Positions 8,690 through 17,980 of a stretch of 32,000 bases of DNA are shown here, piece after piece. A model generated the notes under the pieces. That model searched no databases. It had not been told where the DNA came from and saw only the letters and a list, made by a program, of their open reading frames with translations. Position 1 is the first letter of the stretch; every line of letters starts with the position of its first letter. The translations under genes were made by a program, and so were the position numbers. Source of the DNA: Candidatus Electronema halotolerans (GTDB lineage Bacteria; Desulfobacterota; Desulfobulbia; Desulfobulbales; Desulfobulbaceae); contig OW818675.1 of NCBI GenBank assembly GCA_942493095.1, positions 2,340,001-2,372,000 of the forward strand, in the 5' to 3' direction.

Positions 8690-9904
8690 TCATTTTTCAT
8701 GCAATGCCCGCAGGAGCTGCTCTTTAAATTTCTCTTCAAACTTTCCCGCAAGTTGGTTGCAGGTTCTGCCGCAGCGCAGGGCGATCAGGTCCAACGAGGG
8801 AATAATGTAGGCAAAATTGCCGCCAGAGCCAAAGATGCGCAGCGTGTCCGCTGGCAGGTCTTTGCCCAGCCAGCCGTCAGCATTGGAGCGCATGTTCGGA
8901 TAGTTGGGGCTGCGAAAGGTCCGTTCAATCCACTCCTTGGCGACAAGCTGACTGTCCTGCCAGCGGCCTTTGCGCAGCAGCAGCCAGCAGAAGCGGGCAT
9001 AATCTCTGGCCGTCATCCGCAGCCCTCCAGCAGTGAGCCAGCGGTACATCCCGCCGCCCGGCGGAGCGTGATAGGAAACGCCGTCAAAGCCGAGCGGCTC
9101 CAGCAGCCAGTACCAGAGGATGTCGTCAGGATTGTGGCCGGAAATATGCCGGAAGGCGATGCCGAGATGGGCAAAGCCGATGCTGCTGTATGCGCCCTGA
9201 TGCCTGCCCCAAGTCTCGCTGCCCCGCCATTGCTCCGGGTGGCCGGGATCAAAAAAAAGCCGCCCGCTTTTTGGATAGCGTGGATCATGACCAAGCACCC
9301 AAGCCGGGTAACTGGTCCACGTGTAGCGGCCTCTTTCCACTGCGATGCCGTCCACGTCTCTCTCCGGCATCAGACCGGAAATATGCTGAAAAACCTGCTC
9401 AAAGGTGATTTCAGCCTTGCGCGGGTCTGAGAGCGGCCAGCCATCGCTCATCCAGAGCCGGTCATAGAGCTTGCTCTGCTCGGACAGCTCATGCACTGGC
9501 AGCTCGCCCTTCCTCGCCTTGTCCATGAGAATGCCGAACAGGACATAAGCAAACGACTTGCCGTTCGAGGACAGATACTGCTGAAAGGTTCTTGATTCGG
9601 GCCGCAGATACCATTCCCCAACGATCCAGCCGTTTTTAATAACAATGACTGAGGAGTGATTGTGGTCATCATAGCCGGGAATAGCGCTGTTTGGCATGGA
9701 CATGCTGATTTTGCCAAGCCGCTGAAGCGCTTCATAATTCAGGCCCAGCGACTCGACAAATTCCTTGGAAGTGTTGGTCCGCCAGCCGCCCTGAGCGCGA
9801 GGCGGCGGGAAATACGCTTTTTTCTCGGCTGACTCCTGTTTGTTATCACAGGAGAAGAGCAGAAGAGTGAGAACAGGCAGGATGAACCAGAGACGGCGGG
9901 TCAT
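8690..9904 (-). CDS. Serine hydrolase / beta-lactamase (class C-like) family lipoprotein
   Basis: 404 aa; lipobox-like LLLFSC; SSVIVIKNGWIVGEWYL; SSNGKSFAYVLFG contains SxxK; EQVFQHISGLMPE; YSSIGFAHLG. Confidence 0.75.
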   Translation of the reverse strand: MTRRLWFILPVLTLLLFSCDNKQESAEKKAYFPPPRAQGGWRTNTSKEFVESLGLNYEALQRLGKISMSMPNSAIPGYDDHNHSSVIVIKNGWIVGEWYLRPESRTFQQYLSSNGKSFAYVLFGILMDKARKGELPVHELSEQSKLYDRLWMSDGWPLSDPRKAEITFEQVFQHISGLMPERDVDGIAVERGRYTWTSYPAWVLGHDPRYPKSGRLFFDPGHPEQWRGSETWGRHQGAYSSIGFAHLGIAFRHISGHNPDDILWYWLLEPLGFDGVSYHAPPGGGMYRWLTAGGLRMTARDYARFCWLLLRKGRWQDSQLVAKEWIERTFRSPNYPNMRSNADGWLGKDLPADTLRIFGSGGNFAYIIPSLDLIALRCGRTCNQLAGKFEEKFKEQLLRALHEK

Positions 9905-10362
9905 TTGCCTGCCGCCCGGATGGTGTAGGTGCCTTGGCGCGTCGCATTGTCAGGGCAACGGAGCTGCGCCTTGCCTGTTTCAGCAAGTTTGTCATTTCTG
10001 ATCATGCCGCTGCCATTCAATGTTATCAGGCAGGTTTCTTGCCCGGAAAGTGTGCAATTTCCGACATGCTTGGCAGCAAAATGAACAGACGTGCCGCTCT
10101 GTTTGCAAAGCATGATCGACTTGAGCTTGATCTTGCCATTGCCGCCGCTTATTTCTTCAGCCGTATCGCCATGAACAAAGAGCATGTCTTGAAACAGCTC
10201 CGGGGCAGCAGAACCATCCAAAGAAATTTCAAGCGTTCCTTTGTATGTTGCATTTGGACAAAGGATTTCCTTGCCTGAGTCCTCAGCAGCAATCAGGCAA
10301 TTTGCAGAGCAGCCTGCAAAGAGCAGGGCAAATAATGCTGTCCTTTTTGCTTGGCTTACAAT
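9901..10362 (-). pseudogene. Lipoprotein-like reading frame interrupted at its 5' side by the IS630 element; no standard start codon on the intact side of the signal-like region
   Basis: Manual translation upstream of the listed 9901..10221 ORF gives IVSQAKRTALFALLFAGCSANCLIAAEDSGKEILCPNATYKGTLEISLDG..., with a lipobox-like LFAGC; the frame enters the IS at 10364 with no ATG/GTG/TTG before LFAGC. Stop overlaps the start of the 9904 gene (ATGA). Confidence 0.55.
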
Positions 10363-10447
10363 AGCGGTTTCAGGTTGTATGGTTATCAGAAAAAGATTAA
10401 ACTTGACTTGTCTGTTTTTTCCATTTTTTTACACACGGAGGTCTGCC

Positions 10448-10831
10448 ATGATTTATTCTATTGATTTCAGAAAGAAAGTCTTGTCTGTTTATGAAAAACA
10501 GAAATCATTGAGAAGAACTGCAGATTTGCTTGACGTTTCCTATAAATTTGTTCAAAGTCTTGTAAAAAGATGGAAGACTGAGGGGACGCTTGAGCCGAAG
10601 CCTCATAAAGGCGGAAATCCTCCGAAAATCAAGGAAGTTCATATGCCTTTTCTGACCAGCATGATTGATGACGAGAACGATCTTACGCTTGAAGAGATGT
10701 GTGATCGCTTATACGAGAAATTCAATTTAAAAATAGCACCTTCCACGCTGTGCGAAACTCTCGCCAGACTGAAAATCAGCCGGAAAAAAAAACTTTCCGC
10801 GATCCGGCGGCGTATAAAGAGGAAAATATAG
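10448..10831 (+). CDS. IS630 family transposase, N-terminal helix-turn-helix part (orfA)
   Basis: MIYSIDFRKKVLSVYEKQKSLRRTADLLDVSYKFVQSLVKRWKTEG...PKPHKGG. Confidence 0.92.
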   Translation: MIYSIDFRKKVLSVYEKQKSLRRTADLLDVSYKFVQSLVKRWKTEGTLEPKPHKGGNPPKIKEVHMPFLTSMIDDENDLTLEEMCDRLYEKFNLKIAPSTLCETLARLKISRKKKLSAIRRRIKRKI

Positions 10832-11382
10832 CAAAGACAGTTAATTACCTTGCAGGCCTGCTCGAGGCTGACAAAAAGAATTTCATCTTTATTGATGAGA
10901 CAGGATGCTGTTTGAACATGTCGAGAAAATTTGCAAGATCAAGAAAAGGAACAAGAGCTTTTTCAAAAAGACCTTCAGGTAAAGGGAAAAGAATAAGCAT
11001 GATAGGAGCTGTAAAGTTTGGAAAAATATTGAAGTGCATGAAATTTAAAGGCACCATGACAGGAGATGTCTTTTATTTCTATATAAAAAATTATCTTTTG
11101 AAATATCTTGACAGCAGCAAGACAGTCGTTCTTGACAATGCCAGTCCTCATAAAAACAAAGAAGCTCTCGCTTTGATCAGAAGTACAGGAGCGAAGATCA
11201 TTTTCCTCCCTCCTTATCGTCCTGAACTGAACCCTATTGAATACTGCTGGTCAGTAATGAAAAACACTATAAGAAAATTGAAGCCGAGAACAGAGCGTGA
11301 GCTGATGGAAGCTTATGATATATCTCTGAAAACGGTTAAGTCAAAATCAATCAAATCGTTTTTCCGTCATTGCTGGGTTTGA
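10750..11382 (+). CDS. IS630 family transposase, DDE part (orfB), probably expressed by -1 frameshift from orfA
   Basis: FIFIDETGCCLN, TVVLDNASPHKN, IIFLPPYRPELNPIEYCWSVMKNTIR (DDE triad). Confidence 0.92.
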   Translation: MRNSRQTENQPEKKTFRDPAAYKEENIAKTVNYLAGLLEADKKNFIFIDETGCCLNMSRKFARSRKGTRAFSKRPSGKGKRISMIGAVKFGKILKCMKFKGTMTGDVFYFYIKNYLLKYLDSSKTVVLDNASPHKNKEALALIRSTGAKIIFLPPYRPELNPIEYCWSVMKNTIRKLKPRTERELMEAYDISLKTVKSKSIKSFFRHCWV

Positions 11383-13007
11383 TATCTGTTCAATACGAAA
11401 CCGCTAAAATAAAAATCCACGCATCTGGCAATCTCCTCCTCCTGCCGCTCTGTGCTCCAGTTGAGCAGTCCGCCCATCAGCGCGGCGCAGGCGGCAAGGA
11501 TTTCCGGCTTGGGCTGTTCACCTGAGCCAAGAACAGTGCGCCGCCGCACCGCATCATCGAGCCGCACCGCCATTTCCTCGTTGACCGCATAAGCTATTTC
11601 CGCCTCCAGCACCTCATCTGAACCTGTGACTGGCTGGAGCAGGTCAGCATAATGCACTATTTCTTTATAGGATGAGCCGTAATTGTTGAGCAGATGCTGG
11701 GCGGTCTTTTCCTTGAGGCCAGTTTCGGTCATGAGCTGCGGCAGGTTTTCTTCACAGAAATCAGTGAAGCTGTCCATCATGCCGCCTTCAAGAGGCAGCT
11801 CGGCAGTTCGTGAGGCGTTAAACGGCTTGCCAGTTTTGCGAAAATAACGGTCAATGCTTTTCTGGCCAATATCCCGTGCTGTGGTGTATTTGACCGGCTG
11901 CAAGGAGAGCAGATTGTCAATGCCTCCCTGCTGATGATCAAGCAGTTTGAAGTCTCCATCCGGCTTGAAGCGGCCAGGGACAAAGCCTTTGTGAACAAGG
12001 CAGACATCTTCTCTGCGAAGTGGCTTGCCCGGATAAACCTTGTTGATGCGGTGCAGGAACTGCTCAATTTCCTCCCCACTGACCCGGAGCTTTTCCGGCT
12101 CGTTCTGCCACGCCGCCTCGTCCGTGCCGATCATCCAGTATCCCCGCCACGGAACAAAGAAAAAGGCCCGTTCATGATCAAACAGCCCCACCGCCTGTTT
12201 GCCGGGAAACAGGATTCTTTTAGTGACGAGATTCATCACCCGGCACTGGGGCAGTTCCCGTTCTTGCAACGAGGGCAGCAGGTTGAGCAGTTTGCCTGCC
12301 CATGCTCCGGCGGCATTGATGACAAAATCAGCCGAGATGGTGAATTCATTGCCGTGCAGCGCATCCTGCACCTGCACTCCCTTAATCTTATTATTCTTGA
12401 GGTCAAAGCCGACTGCCGGACAGTAGTTGAGCGCATCCAGCCCATGCGCCACGGCTGAATGGAGAAAGGCAAGGCCGAGCCGTTCTGAATTAACTGCCAT
12501 GCCGTCGTGCCAAATTGCCGCGCCAGTATAGGCGGTTTGGACGAATTCCTCGCCCAGCAGGCGAATCAGTTCCTGTTTCGAGAGAATGCTGCCCATCGGA
12601 ATCTGCTTGTCCGGCGGCAGCCCTTTGCTGCGGTCAAAGGTGATCAGGCTGTTGACCGCAAGCCCGGCGCACAATCCGGGCCGACTGCGCAGACTGGGCA
12701 GGGATTCAGTCGGCAGCACGCAGGTGAGCGGCTGCACCAGATGCGGGGCGATCTTGAGCAGGGTTCGCCGCTCCCGGCTTGATTCGCGGATGCGTTGCAG
12801 ATTGGCCTGCTGCAAATACCGGAAGCCGCCGTGAATGATTTTCAGCGAATTGGAGGAAGTCTGGCTCATGAAGTCTGAGGCTTCCACCAGACAGGTTTTC
12901 AGCCCCCGGCTGGCCGCCTCATAAGCGGTGGCAATGCCGTTTATGCCGCCGCCGATCACGACTATCTCATAATGGGTGCGGGCAACGTGTTCAGGATTTC
13001 TTTGCAT
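11367..13007 (-). CDS. glpD: FAD-dependent glycerol-3-phosphate dehydrogenase-like protein; C-terminal 12 codons and stop lie inside the IS element
   Basis: YEIVVIGGGINGIATAYEAASRGLKTCLVEASDFMSQTSSNSLKIIHGGFRYLQ; the frame crosses the IS right end at 11404 and ends SGFVLNRYQTQQ*. Confidence 0.85.
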   Translation of the reverse strand: MQRNPEHVARTHYEIVVIGGGINGIATAYEAASRGLKTCLVEASDFMSQTSSNSLKIIHGGFRYLQQANLQRIRESSRERRTLLKIAPHLVQPLTCVLPTESLPSLRSRPGLCAGLAVNSLITFDRSKGLPPDKQIPMGSILSKQELIRLLGEEFVQTAYTGAAIWHDGMAVNSERLGLAFLHSAVAHGLDALNYCPAVGFDLKNNKIKGVQVQDALHGNEFTISADFVINAAGAWAGKLLNLLPSLQERELPQCRVMNLVTKRILFPGKQAVGLFDHERAFFFVPWRGYWMIGTDEAAWQNEPEKLRVSGEEIEQFLHRINKVYPGKPLRREDVCLVHKGFVPGRFKPDGDFKLLDHQQGGIDNLLSLQPVKYTTARDIGQKSIDRYFRKTGKPFNASRTAELPLEGGMMDSFTDFCEENLPQLMTETGLKEKTAQHLLNNYGSSYKEIVHYADLLQPVTGSDEVLEAEIAYAVNEEMAVRLDDAVRRRTVLGSGEQPKPEILAACAALMGGLLNWSTERQEEEIARCVDFYFSGFVLNRYQTQQ

Positions 13008-13010
13008 GAT

Positions 13011-14207
13011 TCAAGCGGTGAGCTGCGGCGGCAGATTTTTGCCAGCATTGATGTGCTGCATCATCTCGTTGTAAAAGGTCATGATTTTCTGTTCATAAGC
13101 TGGACGGCAGTATTCCGCTGCTGCTTTTTCCTTGGCCCGGACGGCCCGGCGGCCTGCCTCTTCGCTGTCAGAGAATATCTGCTGCAAGGCCGCCGCCATG
13201 TCTGCGGTTTCAGGAGCGGCAAGAAAGGCGATGCTCTCATCTAATACTTGCGTATGGCTGACAATCTTTGTCGCCAAGATCGGTTTGCCGGAATCCATGT
13301 AGGAATAAATCTTCATCGGCGTGTTTTCGCCTTCGGTGCGCGGCGAAACCAGCACATCTGCCTGCCGCAGATACATGGCCAAATCAGCAGAAGGACGCGG
13401 GCCGATGAAAAAGGTGCGGCTGCCGATGCCGAGCTGCCGGGCCATTTCTGTATAATGCTGGATATGTTTTGCCGTGCCGCCGATGACCACCAAGCTGGCC
13501 GGAAAGGCCGCCGGATCAAGCAGGGCAAAGGATTCCAAGAGCAGGGCAATACCCTGATACCGCTCCAGATTACCGACATAGAGCACTAATTTGCCTTGGC
13601 AGCCGAATTTTTCCCGCAGCAATTCAGGCAGAGTCGTGCTGTCTTCCTGAAGCAGGCTGATGTCCTCCAGCCGGAGGAGCGGCTTGGCCGGAGCAAAACT
13701 TCTGATTTTATCTTCAATCGCCTTGCAGACCGGAATCACGCCGCTGCTGTGACGGACTGCGCTTTTTTCAAAAAACTCAAAGAATCTCCTCAACGGGGCG
13801 AGAAAAGTAAGTTTGGCCAAGAGCTGATCGCTCATCCATGAATCCAGATCATAAATATAGGGAATATCAAAAAACATCCCCAAGAGCATGGCAATGAAGA
13901 CCGACTCCTCCACCGCATGAACCAGATCAAATCTGTCTTTCCGCCGCAGCCAGAATGATTCAGCGGTCATAAGGACATCGCTGAACAGTTTTTTCAGGGA
14001 AAAACCGGGCGGCACCGAGCCAAGACCGGGCAGGGCGGGAATTCGGTGAATGGTCACATGATCCATGACCAAATTTTCGCCTTCGCAGAAAACAAGCAGA
14101 TGAACATCATGCCCCATTTTACCAAGGGTTTCCGCCATCAAGCGGACAGCTATCGGCGTGCCTCGGTTTTGAAAAAACGGCTGCGGCGCGAGCAGGAGAA
14201 TTTTCAT
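13011..14207 (-). CDS. Glycosyltransferase family 4 protein
   Basis: MKILLLAPQPFFQNRGTPIAVRLMAETLGKMGHDVHLL...LVLYVGNLERYQGIALLLESFALL...DVLVSPRTEGENTPMKIYSYMDSGKPILAT. Confidence 0.88.
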   Translation of the reverse strand: MKILLLAPQPFFQNRGTPIAVRLMAETLGKMGHDVHLLVFCEGENLVMDHVTIHRIPALPGLGSVPPGFSLKKLFSDVLMTAESFWLRRKDRFDLVHAVEESVFIAMLLGMFFDIPYIYDLDSWMSDQLLAKLTFLAPLRRFFEFFEKSAVRHSSGVIPVCKAIEDKIRSFAPAKPLLRLEDISLLQEDSTTLPELLREKFGCQGKLVLYVGNLERYQGIALLLESFALLDPAAFPASLVVIGGTAKHIQHYTEMARQLGIGSRTFFIGPRPSADLAMYLRQADVLVSPRTEGENTPMKIYSYMDSGKPILATKIVSHTQVLDESIAFLAAPETADMAAALQQIFSDSEEAGRRAVRAKEKAAAEYCRPAYEQKIMTFYNEMMQHINAGKNLPPQLTA

Positions 14208-14944
14208 CAGTGCCCTCCTTTGTCAACCCTGAGAATAATTGGCGAGCCAAAGAGCCGGGTCAGGCCGCAGGCGCGGCAGCAGCTCTCCAGCCAACGGGAA
14301 ATGCCAGCAGAACCGAGCTTGCGATGCAGGACCATGGGCAGAAAAAATTCCGGGACAAGCTGCGGCTGGCCCAGTCCGTGCCGGGCAAATTCTTGGATGA
14401 TCTCCTTTCTGCTGAAAAGGCCAAATGTTCTTGTATTCCCTTCCAGCTTTTTTTTCAAGCGGAAAAAAAGAAAATTCAGGATGTTGCTGCTGCGGATGTC
14501 GGGATAGTCAATGATGACTGCTTTGGCGGCCACCCGCGCCAGCTCGGCCAAGAGCAGTGGCCAGCGGTCAACATGCGGCACCAGGCGGAAGGCGATGACC
14601 ACGTCAAAGGAATTGTCAGGAAAAGGAAGCTGGAGCATGTCACAGGTCTGATAGGCATAGCTGCCTTCAGGCAGCCGCTGCGCCAGTCGGGTCTGGCAGC
14701 TTGCGTCGCTGCCAGTCACTGTCACCTTGCAGCCTCGTTCTGCCAGCGGCACAGCGAGCTGGGCATGGCCGCCGCCGACATCCAGCACCGTTGCGCCCGG
14801 ACCAAAGTCGGGCCGGAGCAAGTCAAGGAGAATATCTACTTGAATCTGGAGAAAATATGCGCCGACTGGCCCGGCAAAGCGGCGGGCGTAATCTTCTGAG
14901 GCGGTTTCAATATCAGCGGTTTCGAGAAAGCGCGAAGGCTCCAT
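14207..14944 (-). CDS. Class I SAM-dependent methyltransferase
   Basis: GATVLDVGGGHAQLAVPLAERGCKVTVTGSD...CDMLQLPFPDNSFDVVIAFRLVPH; start overlaps neighbouring operon context. Confidence 0.85.
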   Translation of the reverse strand: MEPSRFLETADIETASEDYARRFAGPVGAYFLQIQVDILLDLLRPDFGPGATVLDVGGGHAQLAVPLAERGCKVTVTGSDASCQTRLAQRLPEGSYAYQTCDMLQLPFPDNSFDVVIAFRLVPHVDRWPLLLAELARVAAKAVIIDYPDIRSSNILNFLFFRLKKKLEGNTRTFGLFSRKEIIQEFARHGLGQPQLVPEFFLPMVLHRKLGSAGISRWLESCCRACGLTRLFGSPIILRVDKGGH

Positions 14945-15176
14945 GAGGGGTCACACGTTGATTTCCTGCGCTGCCTGCCAGCATGAACAGCGTGTTTCGC
15001 TCTTGGTTTCAGGCTCTTTTCAGCCTGTTCGGCAGGCTCACGAGATGATCAATATCTCCGCCGCAGCCCTTCTTGTCAAGAAAAACCTGTCATTATCCGC
15101 CGCTGCAAAAAAATATTGCAGCCAGTGAATCTTCCTCCAGTTACAGCAGTTTTTCCGGGTGATCTTTCGCTTGATC

Positions 15177-15185
15177 TGGTATTAT
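15177..15185 (+). promoter_or_regulatory. Candidate extended -10 promoter (TGG-TATTAT) upstream of proS
   Basis: TGNTATTAT match about 60 nt upstream of the proS ATG; no clear -35. Confidence 0.3.
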
Positions 15186-15246
15186 TTGCTGTCAAGTCTG
15201 AACCGGAGGAAGCTCAAGATCAACAAAAACACAGACCTGCTCAACC

Positions 15247-16968
15247 ATGCGCTACTCGCAACTGCTCATCCCCACTGCTAAAGAAATGCCTGCTGAGGCC
15301 GAAGTCATCAGCCACCAGCTCCTGCTGCGGGCTGGCTTCATTCGTAAACTCACCTCCGGTCTCTACACCTATCTGCCGCTTGGCGTGGCGGCCCTGAAAA
15401 AAGTCGAAAACATTGTCCGTGAAGAAATGAACCGGGCCGGGGCGCAGGAAATCCTCATGCCTATGGTTCAGCCTGCCGACCTCTGGCAGGAATCAGGCCG
15501 CTGGCAGCAGTACGGGCCAGAGCTGCTCCGCTTCAAAGACCGCCACGAGCGCGACTGCTGCCTTGGCCCGACCCACGAGGAGGTGGTCACAGATGTGGCC
15601 CGGCGTGAAATTCACTCCTATCGTCAGCTCCCGGTCAATCTCTACCAGATACAGACCAAGTTCCGCGATGAAATCCGCCCTCGCTTCGGCCTGATGCGCG
15701 GGCGCGAGTTTGTCATGAAGGATGCCTATTCCTTTGATGCCAGCGAGGAGGGCGCGGAGGAGAGCTACCGCAAGATGCGTGAGGCGTATATCCGCATCTT
15801 CACTCGCTGCGGCTTGGAGTTCCGGGCCGTGGAGGCCGACTCCGGCAGCATTGGCGGTTCTTTCTCGCATGAATTCATGGTGTTAGCCAAGACTGGCGAG
15901 GACACGCTGGTCATCTGCCAGAGTTGCGACTATGCCGCCAATCTCGAAAAGGCCAAGGCCGCGTCGCCGGAACAGCCGCAGACTGCTGAAGAACTGCTCG
16001 ACTGTGTGAAAGTCTCCACGCCGGGCATGAAGAAGGTGGACCGGGTGGCCGAGTTTCTTGGCCTTTCAACGCAACAAGTGATCAAAACCATGATTTACTT
16101 GGCGGACGGCGAGCTGGTGGCAGTCTTGGTGCGCGGCGACCGTGAAGTGCAGCCGGTCAAGCTCAAGAACCTGCTGAACGTGACTGAGGTGGAGCTGGCT
16201 GATGATGACACGGTCTGGCAGAAAAGCAAGCTGCCAGTCGGCTATATCGGGCCGGTCGGCCTGTCGCTCAAGTTTGTCGCGGATCAGGAGGTGATGCAGA
16301 TGGTCAACGCCGCTGCCGGAGCCAACGAGAAAGGCTTCCATCTGACTGGAGTCAATCCGGGCCGTGATTTCACCCCTGCTTTGGTCGGCGACCTGCGTCA
16401 AGTCACGGCTGACGACCGCTGCCCGCTCTGTGGCGGCAGCCTGCGTCTGACCGAGGGCATTGAGGTCGGCCACATCTTCAAGCTGGGCACCAAGTATTCC
16501 GAGACCATGAAGGCGACCTTCCAAGACGCGGAGGGCCAGGAGAAAACCATGATCATGGGCTGTTACGGCATCGGGGTGAGCCGGGTGGTGGCTGCGGCCA
16601 TAGAGCAGAATCATGATGAGAACGGCATCATCTTCCCTCTGCCGCTGGCCCCGGTGCAGGTGATCATCCTCAATCTTGACCTGAAAAATGAGGCGATCAC
16701 TGCCGCTGCCGAGCAGCTTCATCAGGACTTGGAGGCAGCAGGCATTGAGGTGCTCTATGACGACCGCGACGAGCGGCCTGGCTCCAAGTTCAAGGACTCG
16801 GATTTGCTCGGCATCCCCTTTCGGGTGACAGTGGGCAAGGGCTTTGCCAAGGACGGCAGTGTGGAGCTGCGCGCCCGCCGCAGCGGCGAGACCGTCCTCC
16901 TGCCGCACAGGCAGGCAGCCGCCGAGATTGCCGCCAAGATCAAGGCTGAACTGGTCTCAGCAGCATGA
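15247..16968 (+). CDS. proS: Prolyl-tRNA synthetase (bacterial type with editing insertion)
   Basis: [46 protein letters not shown]...[57 protein letters not shown]. Confidence 0.98.
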   Translation: MRYSQLLIPTAKEMPAEAEVISHQLLLRAGFIRKLTSGLYTYLPLGVAALKKVENIVREEMNRAGAQEILMPMVQPADLWQESGRWQQYGPELLRFKDRHERDCCLGPTHEEVVTDVARREIHSYRQLPVNLYQIQTKFRDEIRPRFGLMRGREFVMKDAYSFDASEEGAEESYRKMREAYIRIFTRCGLEFRAVEADSGSIGGSFSHEFMVLAKTGEDTLVICQSCDYAANLEKAKAASPEQPQTAEELLDCVKVSTPGMKKVDRVAEFLGLSTQQVIKTMIYLADGELVAVLVRGDREVQPVKLKNLLNVTEVELADDDTVWQKSKLPVGYIGPVGLSLKFVADQEVMQMVNAAAGANEKGFHLTGVNPGRDFTPALVGDLRQVTADDRCPLCGGSLRLTEGIEVGHIFKLGTKYSETMKATFQDAEGQEKTMIMGCYGIGVSRVVAAAIEQNHDENGIIFPLPLAPVQVIILNLDLKNEAITAAAEQLHQDLEAAGIEVLYDDRDERPGSKFKDSDLLGIPFRVTVGKGFAKDGSVELRARRSGETVLLPHRQAAAEIAAKIKAELVSAA

Positions 16969-17010
16969 CTGAGCAGATAATAAGTCCCCATTTCTTATAG
17001 TGTTCTATTC

Positions 17011-17949
17011 ATGAGCAAAATATGGCTGGCATTGCTTGCCGGAGGCACTTCCGGTGAACGCGAGATATCTTTGAAAGGGGCCGCAGGCGTGGAGCAGGCC
17101 TTAAACAAAGACAAATACGAGGTGCTGCGTTATGATCCGGCTACGGATTTGGCCCGGCTGGCCGCAGATGCGGACAAGCTGGATGCAGCCTTCATTCTTC
17201 TCCACGGCCTGCACGGCGAGGACGGCACAGTGCAGGGGATGCTGGATCTGCTCGGCATTCCCTATCAAGGTTCCGGGGTGCTGGGCAGCGCGCTGGCGAT
17301 GGACAAGCATCTGGCCAAGACCCTGTACAAGCTGCACGGCCTGCCAGTGGCGGCGTGGGAAATGGCGGCCAAGGACGATGTTGACGATCCTGCGCCGCTC
17401 TTAGCCAAGCTGGCTCTGCCTGTGGTGGTCAAGCCGGTGCGGCAGGGGTCATCGCTGGGCATGTCCATCGTCCGGCAGGCGGAGCGGCTTGCTCCTGCCC
17501 TTGCCAAGGCTTTTGCTCATGACAGTCAGGTGATGGTGGAGGAGTTCATCCAAGGCCGGGAAATCACGGTCGGGGTGCTGGGCAATGCGGAACTGATGGC
17601 CCTGCCTTTGGTGGAGGTCATCCCGGACAGCCGCTATGATTTTTTTGACTATGAGGCCAAATACACGCCCGGCGCGACACGGGAGGTCTGCCCGGCGGAA
17701 GTGGAGGATGCGATTCGCGACAAGGCGCAGGAATACGGTCTTTGGGCGCATAAGGCATTGCAGCTCCGGGGATGCAGCCGCACTGACATGATCGTCCGCG
17801 ACGATGGCGGCATTTTTTTGCTGGAGACCAACACCATTCCTGGCATGACTCCGACCAGCCTTCTGCCGCAAGCAGCGGCCCAAGCAGGGCTGGATTTTTC
17901 CGCGCTGTTGGACCGGCTGATTGAATTGGCAATGGAACGGCGGGATTGA
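17011..17949 (+). CDS. ddl: D-alanine--D-alanine ligase
   Basis: LLAGGTSGEREISLKGAAGVEQAL, LHGLHGEDGTVQGMLDLLGIPYQGSGVLGSALAMDK, LLETNTIPGMTPTSLLPQAA. Confidence 0.97.
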   Translation: MSKIWLALLAGGTSGEREISLKGAAGVEQALNKDKYEVLRYDPATDLARLAADADKLDAAFILLHGLHGEDGTVQGMLDLLGIPYQGSGVLGSALAMDKHLAKTLYKLHGLPVAAWEMAAKDDVDDPAPLLAKLALPVVVKPVRQGSSLGMSIVRQAERLAPALAKAFAHDSQVMVEEFIQGREITVGVLGNAELMALPLVEVIPDSRYDFFDYEAKYTPGATREVCPAEVEDAIRDKAQEYGLWAHKALQLRGCSRTDMIVRDDGGIFLLETNTIPGMTPTSLLPQAAAQAGLDFSALLDRLIELAMERRD

Positions 17950-17980
17950 TTGTGCTGTGTAACAAAGCAAATCTAAAAAT

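Larger units (their letters stand above)
10364..11404 (+). mobile_element. Complete IS630-family insertion sequence (about 1.04 kb)
   Basis: Terminal inverted repeats GCGGTTTC... (10364) / ...GAAACCGC (11404) with imperfect extended similarity, TA dinucleotide on each side (10362-10363, 11405-11406), and two overlapping transposase ORFs. Confidence 0.93.

Noticed and set aside
14943-15247. Small plus-strand ORFs upstream of proS (14943..15128, 15116..15397)
   Set aside because: No recognisable protein pattern; the second runs out of frame into proS. Treated as intergenic or leader sequence.
15493-16908. Minus-strand ORFs opposite proS
   Set aside because: Antisense to highly conserved prolyl-tRNA synthetase coding sequence.
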